64,000 nt of DNA from Deltaproteobacteria bacterium (GTDB taxonomy: Bacteria > Myxococcota_A > Polyangia > Polyangiales > Houyiibacteriaceae): contig JAXMNT010000031.1 in assembly GCA_034670305.1 (NCBI GenBank), positions 28,876 to 92,875 of the forward strand, in the 5' to 3' direction. This document shows positions 42,363 through 53,500 of the stretch, in pieces. The translations under genes were made by a program, and so were the position numbers. The notes beneath the pieces were generated by a model, which was not told where the DNA came from, made no database searches, and saw only the letters and a program-made list of their open reading frames with translations. The first letter of the stretch is position 1. Each line of letters starts with the position of its first letter.

Positions 42363-42470
42363 CGGGCCTCGGCTTCGGCCTCGGCTTCGGCCTCGGCTTC
42401 GGCTTCGGCCTCGGCCTCGGCTTCGGCTTCGGCTTCGGCGTCGGGATCGGCTTCGGCGTCGGGATTGGAT
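42363..42470. repeat. Intergenic (TCGGCN)n hexamer array
   Basis: Directly visible. Confidence 0.93.
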
Positions 42471-42627
42471 CACGCCACCCCGCCAACCGCGCGCCGCCAT
42501 CTGCGCGCAATCGAACAAAAGCACCGCTGCGCGTGATGGTCCGCACCCCGTCACCGGGTTGTCACTTTGGTGTCACGCGCTGCGCTGCTAGTCAGCGCGT
42601 GTCTAGAGAACCCCGAGGAGGCGATTG

Positions 42628-44199
42628 ATGAAGCGGCCTGTGAAACGTGCGTTGGTGTCCGTGTCGGACAAAACTGGCATCGTCGATCTCGCGCGGGGAC
42701 TCGCGGAAGCGGGCGTCGAGCTCCTCTCCACCGGCGGCACCGCCAAAGCCATCCGCGAGGCCGGCATCGCGGTGCGCGACGTCTCCGAGTTCACCGACTC
42801 CCCCGAGGTCATGGACGGACGCGTCAAGACGCTCCATCCACGCGTGCACGGCGGCATCTTGATGCGCGACGATCAGAAAGACCGCGACGAGCTCACCTCG
42901 CTCGGCGGCGCGCCCATCGACCTCGTGATCGTGAACCTCTACCCCTTCGAGCAGACGGTCGCGAAGGGCGCTGCGCACGAAGTCGTCGTCGAGAACATCG
43001 ACATCGGTGGCCCCTCGATGCTGCGCAGCGCGGCCAAGAACCACACCCGCGTCGCGGTCGTCACCGACCCCGCGGACTACGACGAAGTGCTCGTCGCCGT
43101 GCGTGAAGGCGGCACCGAACTCCCGCTCCGCGCCAAGCTCGCGGCCAAAGCGTTCACCCAGACCGCGGCGTACGACGGAGCCATTGCGGCGTACATGACC
43201 TCACTCTCCGAAGATGGGAACGGCGAAGGCGAACGCGCGCTCTTCCCCGGCACGCTCACGCTCCAGTTCGAGAAGGCCTACGACGTCCGCTACGGCGAGA
43301 ACCCGCATCAGAAGGGCGCCTTCTACATCGAGCGCGGCGCGCCCGATGGGAGCTTGGCGCGTGCGGAATCCCTCGGCGCCGGTGGCAAGGAGCTCAGCTT
43401 CAACAACCTCGTGGACGTCGACGCGACGCTCGAGTGCGTGCGCGAGTTCGAGGGCCCGGCCGCGGTCGTCGTCAAACACACGAACCCCTGCGGCGTGGCC
43501 ACATCGAAGTCGCTCACCGAGGCCTACACGCTCGCGCGCGCGGCGGATTCCCTCAGCGCGTTCGGCGGCATCGTCGCGGTGAACCGCCCGGTGGATCTCG
43601 CCACCGCCGAAGTCATGGCCGAGACCTTCATCGAGTGCGTCATCGCGCCGTCGTTCGAACCGGACGCGTTGGCCCGCCTCCAGAGAAAGAAGGCGCTGCG
43701 GCTGCTCGCGACCGGCGCGTGGCTCGGCGCCGACGCGCCGATGATGCACTTCAAGCGGGTCAGCGGCGGCCTGGTCGTCCAGGACCGCGACGCGACGGCG
43801 CCGGGCGAAGTCGCCGGTGGCCGGGTGGTCACCAAGCGCGCACCGACCGAAGCGGAACTCGCCTCGATGGATCTCGCCTGGCGGGTCTGCAAACACGTGA
43901 AGTCGAACGCCATCGTCTTCGCGCACCACAACCGCACCGTCGGTGTCGGCGCCGGACAGATGAGCCGGGTGCTCGCGGTGGAGATCGCCGCCAAGAAAGC
44001 CGGCGCCGAAGCCAAGGGATCCGCCATGGCCTCGGATGCGTTCTTCCCGTTCCCGGACGGCATCGAAGCGGCGGCGGCGGCGGGCGTGACCGCGGTCGTG
44101 CAGCCGGGCGGCAGCAAGAAGGACGACGACATCATCGCCGCCTGCGACGCGGCGGGCATCGCGATGGTGTTGACGGGCTTTCGGCACTTCAAACACTGA
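42628..44199 (+). CDS. purH: Bifunctional AICAR transformylase/IMP cyclohydrolase
   Basis: RALVSVSDKTG, STGGT, GRVKTLHP, IDIGGP, RYGENPHQ, KHTNPCG, ASDAFFPF, RHFKH. Confidence 0.98.
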   Translation: MKRPVKRALVSVSDKTGIVDLARGLAEAGVELLSTGGTAKAIREAGIAVRDVSEFTDSPEVMDGRVKTLHPRVHGGILMRDDQKDRDELTSLGGAPIDLVIVNLYPFEQTVAKGAAHEVVVENIDIGGPSMLRSAAKNHTRVAVVTDPADYDEVLVAVREGGTELPLRAKLAAKAFTQTAAYDGAIAAYMTSLSEDGNGEGERALFPGTLTLQFEKAYDVRYGENPHQKGAFYIERGAPDGSLARAESLGAGGKELSFNNLVDVDATLECVREFEGPAAVVVKHTNPCGVATSKSLTEAYTLARAADSLSAFGGIVAVNRPVDLATAEVMAETFIECVIAPSFEPDALARLQRKKALRLLATGAWLGADAPMMHFKRVSGGLVVQDRDATAPGEVAGGRVVTKRAPTEAELASMDLAWRVCKHVKSNAIVFAHHNRTVGVGAGQMSRVLAVEIAAKKAGAEAKGSAMASDAFFPFPDGIEAAAAAGVTAVVQPGGSKKDDDIIAACDAAGIAMVLTGFRHFKH

Positions 44200-44224
44200 G
44201 CTGGCTGGGCGGCCGAAGCTGAAA

Positions 44225-44430
44225 GCCGGCGCCGAAGCCGACGCCGAAGCCGAAGCCGACGCCGAAGCCGAAGCCGAAGCCGAAGCCGAAGCCGAAGCCG
44301 AGGCCGAAGCCGACTCCGAAGCCGACTCCGAAGCCGACGCCGAAGCCGACGCCGAAGCCGACGCTGACGCCGACGCCGACGCCGAAGCCGACGCCGAAGC
44401 CGATGGCGATGCCGATGGCGATGGCGATGC
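44225..44430. repeat. Intergenic (GCCGAA/GCCGAC)n hexamer array between purH and purD
   Basis: Directly visible. Confidence 0.95.
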
Positions 44431-44470
44431 TTGATGGCGATGCGGCGTATTACCCTGACCCCGAAGTAGA

Positions 44471-45754
44471 ATGGACGGACGCGTGACCAAGGTGCTCATC
44501 GTTGGATCCGGCGGACGCGAACACGCGATCGCCTGGCGTTTGAACCGCGACGGAGCGGCGATCTTCGTCGCGCCCGGCAACGCGGGCACCGCGCGCGTGG
44601 GCGAGAACCATCCGGTGGCCGCGACCGACCTCGACGGGCAGGTCGCGCTCGCGCAATCGCTCGAAGTCGATCTGGTGATCATTGGACCCGAAGCCCCGCT
44701 CGTCGCGGGCCTCGCCGACCGGCTGCGCGCCGCGGGCATCGCTTGCTTCGGACCCGGCGCAGCCGCCGCGCGGCTCGAAGGGTCGAAGGTGTTCGCGAAG
44801 CAGTGCATGGCCAAGTACGGCGTGCCGACCGGCGCGTTCGAAGTCTTCGACGACGCCGACGCCGCCACCGCCTACCTCGAAGCCAACTTCGAGCAGCGGC
44901 CTTGTGTGGTCAAAGCCGACGGCCTCGCCGCCGGCAAAGGCGTCGTCGTACCGGCCACCCTCGAAGAAGCCATCGCCGCGATCGATCTCGTGATGCGGGA
45001 GCGTGCATTCGGGGACGCGGGCAACGAAGTCGTGCTCGAAGAGAAGCTCGTCGGCGAAGAGGTCAGCTACCACGTGGTCTGCGACGGCTCACGCTACGTC
45101 GCGCTCGCCACCGCGCAGGATCACAAACGCGCGTTCGAAGGCGACAAGGGTCCGAACACCGGCGGCATGGGTGCGGTGTCGCCGCCCGCCATCGTCGACG
45201 CCGCCCTCGAAGCGCGCATCCAACGCGAGGTCGTCGAACCGATGATCGCCGGCCTCGCCGCCGACGGCATCGAGCTGCGCGGCGCGCTCTTCATCGGCCT
45301 GATGATCGTCGACGGCGCGCCGCAGGTGCTCGAGTTCAACGTGCGCTTCGGCGACCCCGAGACCCAGTGCCTGATGGCCCGGTGGGGCGGCAGCGCGCTC
45401 GCGCTCTTCCAAGACGCCGCCCGCGGTGATCTCAGCCACGTGACGACCACGTGGGAAGCGCCGTCGTCCTTGTGCGTCGTCGTCGCGAGCGAGGGCTACC
45501 CCAGCACGTATCCGAAGGGCGTGCCCATCGCGGGCCTCGAAGAAGCCGAAGGCATCGAAGGCGCCCACGTCTTCTTCGCCGGCGTCGCCGACCAAGACGG
45601 AACCCCCGTGACCTCCGGCGGCCGCGTCCTCGGCGTCACCGGCATCGGCGAGAACGCCGATGAAGCCGCGGAACGGGCCTACGCCGCCATCGACCGCCTC
45701 TGCTTCCGCGGCATGCAATTCCGCCGAGACATCGGCCACCACAGCCGCTCGTAG
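44471..45754 (+). CDS. purD: Phosphoribosylamine-glycine ligase
   Basis: [56 protein letters not shown]. Confidence 0.98.
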   Translation: MDGRVTKVLIVGSGGREHAIAWRLNRDGAAIFVAPGNAGTARVGENHPVAATDLDGQVALAQSLEVDLVIIGPEAPLVAGLADRLRAAGIACFGPGAAAARLEGSKVFAKQCMAKYGVPTGAFEVFDDADAATAYLEANFEQRPCVVKADGLAAGKGVVVPATLEEAIAAIDLVMRERAFGDAGNEVVLEEKLVGEEVSYHVVCDGSRYVALATAQDHKRAFEGDKGPNTGGMGAVSPPAIVDAALEARIQREVVEPMIAGLAADGIELRGALFIGLMIVDGAPQVLEFNVRFGDPETQCLMARWGGSALALFQDAARGDLSHVTTTWEAPSSLCVVVASEGYPSTYPKGVPIAGLEEAEGIEGAHVFFAGVADQDGTPVTSGGRVLGVTGIGENADEAAERAYAAIDRLCFRGMQFRRDIGHHSRS

Positions 45755-45790
45755 CTTCGGGGAGCGGACGCCTCCCGTCAGAGGTTGCGG

Positions 45791-46660
45791 TCAGTCGTTG
45801 GTCGGCTTGGCTGCTTCCTCGAACGCGCTCAAGAACTCTGCATCCAAGAGGTCGTCGTCGGCGTACTTCGCGTCGTCAACGACATCGAAGCCGCCACTCC
45901 GCGTTACCAGCCGGTGCCGAGCTCCCACGAGTCGGCAGCTCGGTAGGTAGAACTTCTGGATGAAGGGCTCGGCGGTGCTGGCCTTCGTGAGGAACGAGAC
46001 ACCCATCGTGTTCGGAATGAACCACCGGTGCGGTCCGAACGCGCCGAACTGATGAGACACCACGTCTGAGATGAGGCGCACCGCTTTCAATGCCCTGTCT
46101 CGTGTCTCTTGCGGAAGGCTCGGATCGAAGTGAACGCTGGAGTTCCGGACCCCGTGTAGCTCGCGAAGGGCCTGCTCGGAGTCCGGTTCGAGCACGCTCC
46201 AGTTTCGGAGCACATCGATCACAAACGTCCATTTGTCGAAGGACTGCTTGTCGTAGACCTTCTTGTACTCGGGGCGGTCTTGGTAGTCGTCCCGAAGCTC
46301 CAGGATCAGGTGGTTGAGGATTCGTTCGCCGAGCGCCCCGGCTGCGGTCAGCGCCGGGTAGTAGGCGCCGATCACGAAGGCGTTCCGTGCCTCGCGCAAG
46401 AACTGGTTGTGGTAGCCGATGACCGACGTGGGGGCCGCGCCCAAGTCTCGAAAGTTCTCCGCCTTGATGTCTGCGTACGCCGAGCCGAACTGATGCTGGA
46501 GCCCGGCGAGCAACTCGGCCTTTTGCTGTGCCAGCCGAACTCTCCCCTCCTCACCCCAACCATCGTTCGGCTCCATGTTCAGCAGGTTGGCCCGGAAGTC
46601 GAAGTCCATCCGCATCACGCGGTACCGCTTCATTCCGGTGAACTCGGGTTCCACCTTCAA
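45791..46660 (-). CDS. Hypothetical protein with HEPN-like motifs (putative RNase effector)
   Basis: FLREARNAFVIGAYYPAL...GERIL and RNSSVH (RxxxxH); start overlaps the hsdS stop. Confidence 0.65.
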   Translation of the reverse strand: MKVEPEFTGMKRYRVMRMDFDFRANLLNMEPNDGWGEEGRVRLAQQKAELLAGLQHQFGSAYADIKAENFRDLGAAPTSVIGYHNQFLREARNAFVIGAYYPALTAAGALGERILNHLILELRDDYQDRPEYKKVYDKQSFDKWTFVIDVLRNWSVLEPDSEQALRELHGVRNSSVHFDPSLPQETRDRALKAVRLISDVVSHQFGAFGPHRWFIPNTMGVSFLTKASTAEPFIQKFYLPSCRLVGARHRLVTRSGGFDVVDDAKYADDDLLDAEFLSAFEEAAKPTND

Positions 46661-48141
46661 GACTTCGCTTCGTCCTTGGCTCGGCCGCGGTCCTTCCGCA
46701 TCTTCTTCGGGGCTGCAGCCTCGCGTTCGGCTCGGATGCGTTCGAGGAGGACGGAGGCTGGCTCGTCGTTCGGGTCTTGGGGAACGAGCTCGCCTCGGAA
46801 GGCCTGGGCTAGAAGAGCGCGGTTCAAGTCGGCCAAGCGACCGACGCCCGCCTCAACCTCCGGCAACACGTTGGACAACGCCAACGCCGATTCGATTCGC
46901 GGCACGAGTACCTTGAGCTCTGCCAGCGGCGGCACAGCCAGCGGCAGACGATTGAGGGCACCTTGCGTCAACTTCGCCCTTCCCGTCGTGCCCGTGAGCC
47001 ACGGCCAAACGGGGTAGTGCATGAGCGAGAAGTGAATGAATCGTGTGTCGAGTGGCGCCAATGGCCGCAGAACATGCGCGTGATTGTTCACCCAGCATTT
47101 GCCTGTGACTCGGTAGGCGATCGGTTTCGTCCGGCCATAGAAGGTCTCGTCCTCAGTCACCAACACAAGAGGCTCGTCGAAGAGCCATTGGTCAATGAGG
47201 TCTACCTGCCCGTTTGCGCCGTAGTAGGGGAACGGGCCGGGCGCCCGGTTCTTGCGCGTGACCGGGACCCGGTGTGAATCCAGGCATTCGGTTACGCACG
47301 ACACACTCGTCCAGGTCCACCCGGCGGGAAGTGAATGCTGGCCATTGAGGAATTCAGGCTCGTCCGGCTCCTTGTACTTCGACTTCCACTTGTCGTTCTT
47401 GGGGGTCTTGCCCTTTGCTTTCTGCTTGGCGAGGTAGTCCTTTTCCCAGCGGCGGCGGCGTTCGGCGCGGATACGTTCGAGGAGTTGGTCAGCCGGCTCG
47501 ACGTCGGGGTTCTGGGCGCGCCAGTCGGCTGTGAGGTCGCCTCGGAATGCGGCAGCGAGGACAGACTGGCGGAACTGCTCGAGCAGCGGCGGAACGGCGT
47601 CGAGCGCCTCCTTCGCCCGCCGACTCCGCGCCAGCAGTGCGTCGACCTTCACGGCGATGCGCCGCTGCTCGTTGAGCGGCGGAATCGGCATCTCGACCTC
47701 TGCGAGATCGCTCTTGCGAATCGACGGCACCGCTGTAGCGATCGAAAGCGGGTAGAGATCGAGTGTCTTCATGAAGAAGAGAAGGAACAGCTCATCAGCT
47801 CCGTACGGAATGACGGCGAACACGTTGTTATCCACCAGTAGATCGCGGCCGGCGATAACTCGCCGATTGAGCCGGATCGCCTCACCGATCTTCGCAAGCA
47901 ACGTGGCACCAGCCGGAAGCAGCCGAGCTTTGAGCTTCACGAGATCGGCGGCATCCACCCAATGGACCGCGCCCTCGAGGACAAGTTCGCCCGCCTTCAC
48001 CGTCGCAGAGATGTCGCGCACCTTTGCGAATGGATAGTCACCCTCTGAACGCCCCTGGAGCGCCTTCGGAAAGCCGTAACCTGAACGGATATCGGCGACA
48101 TCTCCAAGCCTAGCCTTCAGCCATCCTGGCGGGTGATTCAC
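46657..48141 (-). CDS. hsdS: Type I restriction-modification specificity subunit
   Basis: P.GW...LG, IPPLNEQRRI, LP.GW.W, VPPLAE, AFRGEL, EPA..LLERI; two TRDs with conserved spacers. Confidence 0.95.
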   Translation of the reverse strand: MNHPPGWLKARLGDVADIRSGYGFPKALQGRSEGDYPFAKVRDISATVKAGELVLEGAVHWVDAADLVKLKARLLPAGATLLAKIGEAIRLNRRVIAGRDLLVDNNVFAVIPYGADELFLLFFMKTLDLYPLSIATAVPSIRKSDLAEVEMPIPPLNEQRRIAVKVDALLARSRRAKEALDAVPPLLEQFRQSVLAAAFRGDLTADWRAQNPDVEPADQLLERIRAERRRRWEKDYLAKQKAKGKTPKNDKWKSKYKEPDEPEFLNGQHSLPAGWTWTSVSCVTECLDSHRVPVTRKNRAPGPFPYYGANGQVDLIDQWLFDEPLVLVTEDETFYGRTKPIAYRVTGKCWVNNHAHVLRPLAPLDTRFIHFSLMHYPVWPWLTGTTGRAKLTQGALNRLPLAVPPLAELKVLVPRIESALALSNVLPEVEAGVGRLADLNRALLAQAFRGELVPQDPNDEPASVLLERIRAEREAAAPKKMRKDRGRAKDEAKS

Positions 48142-49592
48142 TCAGCCGCCTCCCCGTCCACAGCCGGCGTCTCCAGCAACTCACTCAGCGCCTCGAGTTC
48201 CGCCATCGCGCTCTGGAGATGCCCGATAATCTCGGCCGCGATCTCGTCCGGCTCGCCGAGGTCTTCCTGGCTCTGGGCGTCGTCGTCCCGCAGCCATGAG
48301 ATGTCGAGGTTGTCGCCGCGCTTCTGGATCTCCTCGCGGGTGAAGCAGCGGAAGCGCCCCTCCTCGCCTTGGTCCTTCCGTTTGGAGGTCCCGTCGGTCT
48401 TGTTTCCGAACGCCTTCTCGAACTCCGCGAAGTGCGCCCGCGTGAACGGGGTCCGCTTGCCGAATTTCGGCATGTTGGTGCGGAGGTCGTAGATCCAGAC
48501 GGCTTTGGTATTGCCCTCGTCCTTCTTGCCCCGCTGAAAGAAGAGCACGTTGGTCTTCACGCCTTGGGCGTAGAAGATCCCAGTCGGCAGGCGGAGGATG
48601 GTGTGCAGGTTGCACTTGTCCATGAGGTCCTGCCGGATCTTCGTGCCGGTGTTCTCCTCGAACAGCACGTTGTCCGGAAGCACGACGGCCGCGCGACCAC
48701 CGGGCTTCAGCCCACGGTAGATGTGCTGGAGGAAGGCGAGCTGCTTGTTGCTCGTCGGGAACGTGAAGTCGTCCCGCGTGGGGCCGCCGCCGCCCTTCTT
48801 CGTACCGAAGGGCGGGTTGGTCAGCACGATGTCGGACTTCGGAAGGCCGGACCCGAGGGACGAGAGGCTGTCGCCGCGTTCGAAGTTGCCGCGGATGTCG
48901 TGGAGCATCAGGTTCATCAACATGAGCCGATGCGTCTCGGGCACGAGCTCCACGCCGACGAACGCCTCGTTCGCCATGAAGTTCTGGAGCGCCTCGTTTA
49001 GCTCGAAGTAGTCGTCGGTCTGCGCCCGCATGTAGCGGTCCGCCGCAATGAGAAAACCCCCCGTGCCAGCAGCAGGGTCTTGAATCACTTCGCCCGGCTG
49101 TGGCTTCACCAGACCGACCATGCAGTCGATGAGCGCGCGGGGCGTGAAGTACTGGCCGGCGCCCGACTTCTTCTCGCCTGCGTTCTTCTCGAGGAGCCCC
49201 TCGTACAGGTCCCCGAGCCCCTCTTGTTTGGCGTCGTACCAGTCGAGCGCGTCGATGTCCGTGATCAGCTTCTTCAACGTCACGGGCTTGCGGATCGCGG
49301 TGGCTGCGTCCGCGTAGATCGCGAGCACGATGCCTTCGGTCTTGGTGCCAAGGTGCAGGAGGAGCTCGCGGTAGAAGACGTGCTGGTCGGGGCCCGTCTT
49401 GCCAACGAGGTCTTCCCAGCGATGACCCTCCGGGAGTGCGTACCGCCACCGCTGCTCACGCGTCTCCTGCTCCATCTTGAGGAAGAGCAGCCAGGTCAGC
49501 TCCGTGACGTACTGGTGGTACGTGATGCCGTCGTCGCGGAGGACGTCGCAGAGACGCCAGAGCTTTTGAACGATGTCGTGGGTGGTGGTCAT
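48138..49592 (-). CDS. hsdM: Type I restriction-modification methyltransferase (EcoKI-like, m6A)
   Basis: KLWRLCDVLRDDG, GQYFTPR, DPAAGTGGFL, NPPF. Confidence 0.96.
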   Translation of the reverse strand: MTTTHDIVQKLWRLCDVLRDDGITYHQYVTELTWLLFLKMEQETREQRWRYALPEGHRWEDLVGKTGPDQHVFYRELLLHLGTKTEGIVLAIYADAATAIRKPVTLKKLITDIDALDWYDAKQEGLGDLYEGLLEKNAGEKKSGAGQYFTPRALIDCMVGLVKPQPGEVIQDPAAGTGGFLIAADRYMRAQTDDYFELNEALQNFMANEAFVGVELVPETHRLMLMNLMLHDIRGNFERGDSLSSLGSGLPKSDIVLTNPPFGTKKGGGGPTRDDFTFPTSNKQLAFLQHIYRGLKPGGRAAVVLPDNVLFEENTGTKIRQDLMDKCNLHTILRLPTGIFYAQGVKTNVLFFQRGKKDEGNTKAVWIYDLRTNMPKFGKRTPFTRAHFAEFEKAFGNKTDGTSKRKDQGEEGRFRCFTREEIQKRGDNLDISWLRDDDAQSQEDLGEPDEIAAEIIGHLQSAMAELEALSELLETPAVDGEAAE

Positions 49593-50494
49593 GCGGACGT
49601 CGTTTCTGTCACGTCGGAGGCAGCCTCGGCCAGCTCTTCTTCGATCGCTTTGAGGCTCTTGCCGGAAGCGTCGCGCCAGGCTTCGCGGCCGTTGTACGCG
49701 CCGCCGGCGAGGATGGCGGCCGCAGCCGACGGGCTCGTAAAGAGCACATCCCGCGTCAACCGGATTGCGCCACCTTCGATCACCAACGAATCATCCGCGA
49801 GCAGTTCCTCTCGAAGCGTGCGGTAGCCCTTGCCGAGGGAGTCGCGCACTTTGGCGTCGCCCTTCGAACCTTCGAACACAACGAAGCCTTCGTCGGTCGA
49901 GGCTCCGGTGGCGTCCACCCGACCCTTGCCGATGCTGAACCGGAGCGTCCGCTTGGCCAGCGGCGCTTCGGCTCCTCCGTTGCTGGGCGCGATGGGCTGA
50001 AGGGCGTTGAAGCCGAGCGAACCCAGAAGGACCGCGAGGGGTCCGAGGAACTCCTCCATCGCGTCCCGTTCGGAGCGAGGCAGCGCTGGGGCCTGGGGAG
50101 CGTTGCCGTTCATCAACTCCACCCGCTTGGTGCGCGTGGCGATGGTGATGAGCCTGGCTTCCAGGTACTTCACGTGGGCCTTGGTGAGGTTCTCATCCTT
50201 GCTCGTGAAGAACACCACGCGGCTCCAGAAGTCCTTGGTTCGAAGGTGGTTCTGAAGTCGTGCGAGCACGTTCTCGGCTTCGCCGAGATAGAGCGCCGGC
50301 CGACCGGACTCCGCCTCACCGAAGAGGAAGTACACACCTGGTCGTTGGCTCTCGTTCCAGTCCGAGAGTTCGTTGATACGGCTACGTGGGCAGACGATGG
50401 CCTGTCCCGTCCAGTTCACGAGCTCCGCGTGACGGATGCCGCTCGGCGTCCCGTCGGCGAGGTAGATGCGAATGGTCTTGCCGAAGGTGGTCAT
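49589..50494 (-). CDS. GIY-YIG nuclease with C-terminal DUF4357 (RAMA-like) domain
   Basis: GKTIRIYL.DG, PGVYFL..LYLGEAEN..RL..H, KAHVKYLE, FTSPSAAA....NG...W. Confidence 0.85.
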   Translation of the reverse strand: MTTFGKTIRIYLADGTPSGIRHAELVNWTGQAIVCPRSRINELSDWNESQRPGVYFLFGEAESGRPALYLGEAENVLARLQNHLRTKDFWSRVVFFTSKDENLTKAHVKYLEARLITIATRTKRVELMNGNAPQAPALPRSERDAMEEFLGPLAVLLGSLGFNALQPIAPSNGGAEAPLAKRTLRFSIGKGRVDATGASTDEGFVVFEGSKGDAKVRDSLGKGYRTLREELLADDSLVIEGGAIRLTRDVLFTSPSAAAAILAGGAYNGREAWRDASGKSLKAIEEELAEAASDVTETTSA

Positions 50495-50545
50495 GCCGAT
50501 GGGTCTACGGGTTCAGGGTGGCGCTGTCGACGGATCCGAGCACCT

Positions 50546-53500
50546 TCACGCGCCCTCCTTCCACACCGCTTCACCGATGCGTCCGAGCACGTCTTCGAGC
50601 TTGCCGTTGAAGATCTTGTTGAGGCGGGTGAAGCCTCCGTGGTCCGTGAAGGGACTTCGGTCCAAGGCCTCGCGGTCGACGATGGTGCTGGCCTTCATTT
50701 GATCGGCGATGCGCTTGAGCCACTTGCGCTGGTGAACGTTCCAGGCCTGCGAGCTGAGGATGGCGGTCAAGGCGCGGTCCACCCGCTCGGGGTACGGCAC
50801 CAGCGCGTCGCCGAGCGCGGCCTGCCGGATGAAACCGACGATGCTCGCGGCGATGTCGACGTTGCTCTGCTGGCGCCACGCCGTGCGCAGGCTTGGTTCG
50901 TCGTAGCCGGCCTTGTCGAGCGCGAGCTTCAACTCCTTGAGCTGCGCGCGGGTGAGGTCGCGCGGGCGCTGCGTCACGAGCAACAGCGCCGGGATCTCGT
51001 TCAGGTTCTTCTTGATGAACTCGCCGAACGCTTTGAGGTAGGCGTCGGGGCGGGTGCGGTCTTTGCCGTATCCCCGCGCGACCTCGACGACCTCGTCGAC
51101 GTGGTCGGAGATGAAGATGACGTCGCGGGTCGCGATCTTCCGATCGAGGAAGTCGGCCAGGTCGGGTTTCGCCTCGAACTGCTTTGCCGCGTCCGTCGAG
51201 GTGCCTTTGCGAAGCTTCTCGAGAAACTCCTCCACCGAGTCTCCGGCGAGCTGCTTGAACTGCGTGGCGAGGTCGCCGGTGAGCATGGCCTTCTTCCGGT
51301 GGAGCTTCGCGAGCAGCTCCCCGAGCACCCAATCCCGCGCCTCGGTGTTCTCGAGCGAGGTGAGCTCAGCCACCAGCTCGGCGTACGTGGTCTTTCGGGT
51401 CGTGGCGACGGGCTTCATCTGCGACACGTTCTTGAGCGCCGCGTAGAGGTCGACCGCGTCGTAGATGCGGAAGACCTCCTTGCCGATCTCCGGGCACAAC
51501 CGAGTCGCGCGGCCGAGCATCTGCTCGTAGAGGATTCGAGAGCCCACCCGCCGGAGGAACACGAGGTTGGTGATGGCTGGCACATTGATGCCCGTGGTGA
51601 GCAGATCGACGGTGACGGCGATGGCGGGCTTCTGCTCGTTCTTGTAGCGCCGGATGAGTTCCCGCGGCCGGTCGCACGCGCCGGTGATCTTCTGAATCCT
51701 CGCCGCGTCCACCCCGCCGAGAAAGTCCGCATAGGTCTCCCGCAAGACCCGGACGAACAGGTCGCAGTGCCGGTCGTTCGTGCAGAACACCAACGTCTTC
51801 TCAGGGCCTTCCGGGTCGATGTGTTGGACGAGGACGTCGCAGACCGCGCGGTTGAAACTCTCGGTCACCACGTCCCGGTTGAACCCGTCGATCTCGATTT
51901 TGACTTCGTCGGGCAGCAGGAAGAGTTGTTCCGACTTGGTCACCGGCGAGTAGGTCGCGACCTCTTCTCCAGCCTTCCAGACGATCCCGCTTTGGGAGAG
52001 GGCGGTCACGATGCGGATCGGCGGTTCGTGATCGACCAAGTAACCGTCGATCACCGCTTCGGGGTAGCTGTAGGTGTAGACGGGTTCGCCGAAGATCTGT
52101 TGGGTGTGCAGCGCCGGCGTGGCGGTGAGCCCGATCTTCATGGCGTCGAAGTAGTCCAGCACACGGGTGTACTTGGAGACGTAGTCGGTCTCGTCTCGGA
52201 ACGTCATCTCGACGTCGCTCATGCCCGCGTCGAGGGTGTAGCCGCGGTGGCTCTCATCGATGACGATGCAGTCGTAGCTGTCCACGGCGGGCGGGTCGTC
52301 CTTGTTGAGGACTTGGCTCACCAGACTTTGGATGGTCGCGATGTGCAGGCGGGTGTCGGTCTCAGGGCCTTCTTTGCTGTCGAGACCTTTGAGATCGAAG
52401 ATCTCCACGAAGGTCTTCATCTGATCGACCTTCACGTCTTTGAATGCGCCCTCTGCCTGCTCACCAAGGGCAGAGCGGTCGACCACGAAGAGGATGCGGT
52501 TGAACCGGTCGGCTTTGAGCAGCCGATAGACCAGTCCAATGCAAGTCCGGGTCTTTCCAGTCCCCGTAGCCATCGCGAGCAGGGCGGTGCGCTTGCCGTT
52601 CACGATGGCGCGCTCGACCTCGCGGATCGCCTGCTCTTGGTAGTAGCGCAGGCCAAGCCGCTCGACCGGTTCGTCCTTCAGCTTTTGGTGGGCGAGTTCG
52701 TGGTCTTGCGCGAGGAGTTTCGAGAGCCCCTCGGGGCTGTGCCACCCGACGAGCGCGCGCGGCATGTTGTCGGGCCGACGAACATCCTGAAACCAGATGC
52801 CGCTCTCTTCGATGATCTGTTTCATGAAGGGGCGGCCATTGGTTGCAAAGAGGAACGGGACCTTGAACTCCCCCCAAGGACCGCCGGCCGCTCGAACGTC
52901 CTTGCCGAACGTCACGCCACTTGCGTATCGCTTCGACTGGTCGAGCGCACCAACGACACGGCGGCGCCCGCGCTTGGCTTCCACAATCGCGATGAACTCC
53001 AGCCCCACGAACAACGCGTAGTCGGCCGGACCATTCTTGGTGGGCCACTCCGCAATCGCGAGGTTCTTCCCTTTCTGAGGGCGGCTCCCCTTGCTGTGTC
53101 GGAGCTGGACCGAGTCCGCTTGCCAGCCGGCCTCGCGGAGCTGGAGGTCGATGAGTTCGCGTGTCTCGGCCTCCGTCAGGTCCAGGTTCGCGCCAGCGGT
53201 CGCGGCCTGTTCCACGAGGCGCTGCACGCCGGCCTGCTGTTCGGCCGGAGGTTGCGCGGCCACGGTTGCTTGGAGCGCCGTGACTTCGTCGTCGCGCGCA
53301 GCCGCGAGCTCATCGAAGGCGTCTTCGGTCTCTTCCAGCTTGGCCCGCAGAACCGCGACCTGCTTCTCGTAGTCTTCCCGGAGTTCCCGCTCGAAGTCGG
53401 CGACCTCCTGGGCCTCGGCGCTGACTTCCGCCGCCTTGGCGGCCTCGTCTCGGAGCTGTTGCAGCTCCGCCGCCATCTCGGCCGTGACGTCCTTGGGCGC

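Noticed and set aside
42470-42627. ZMP/ZTP riboswitch upstream of purH
   Set aside because: I could not find the conserved GACTGGCG and CGCCTGGG pseudoknot elements
45755-45790. tRNA or att-site integration point for the R-M island
   Set aside because: No tRNA cloverleaf, direct repeat or integrase was recognised
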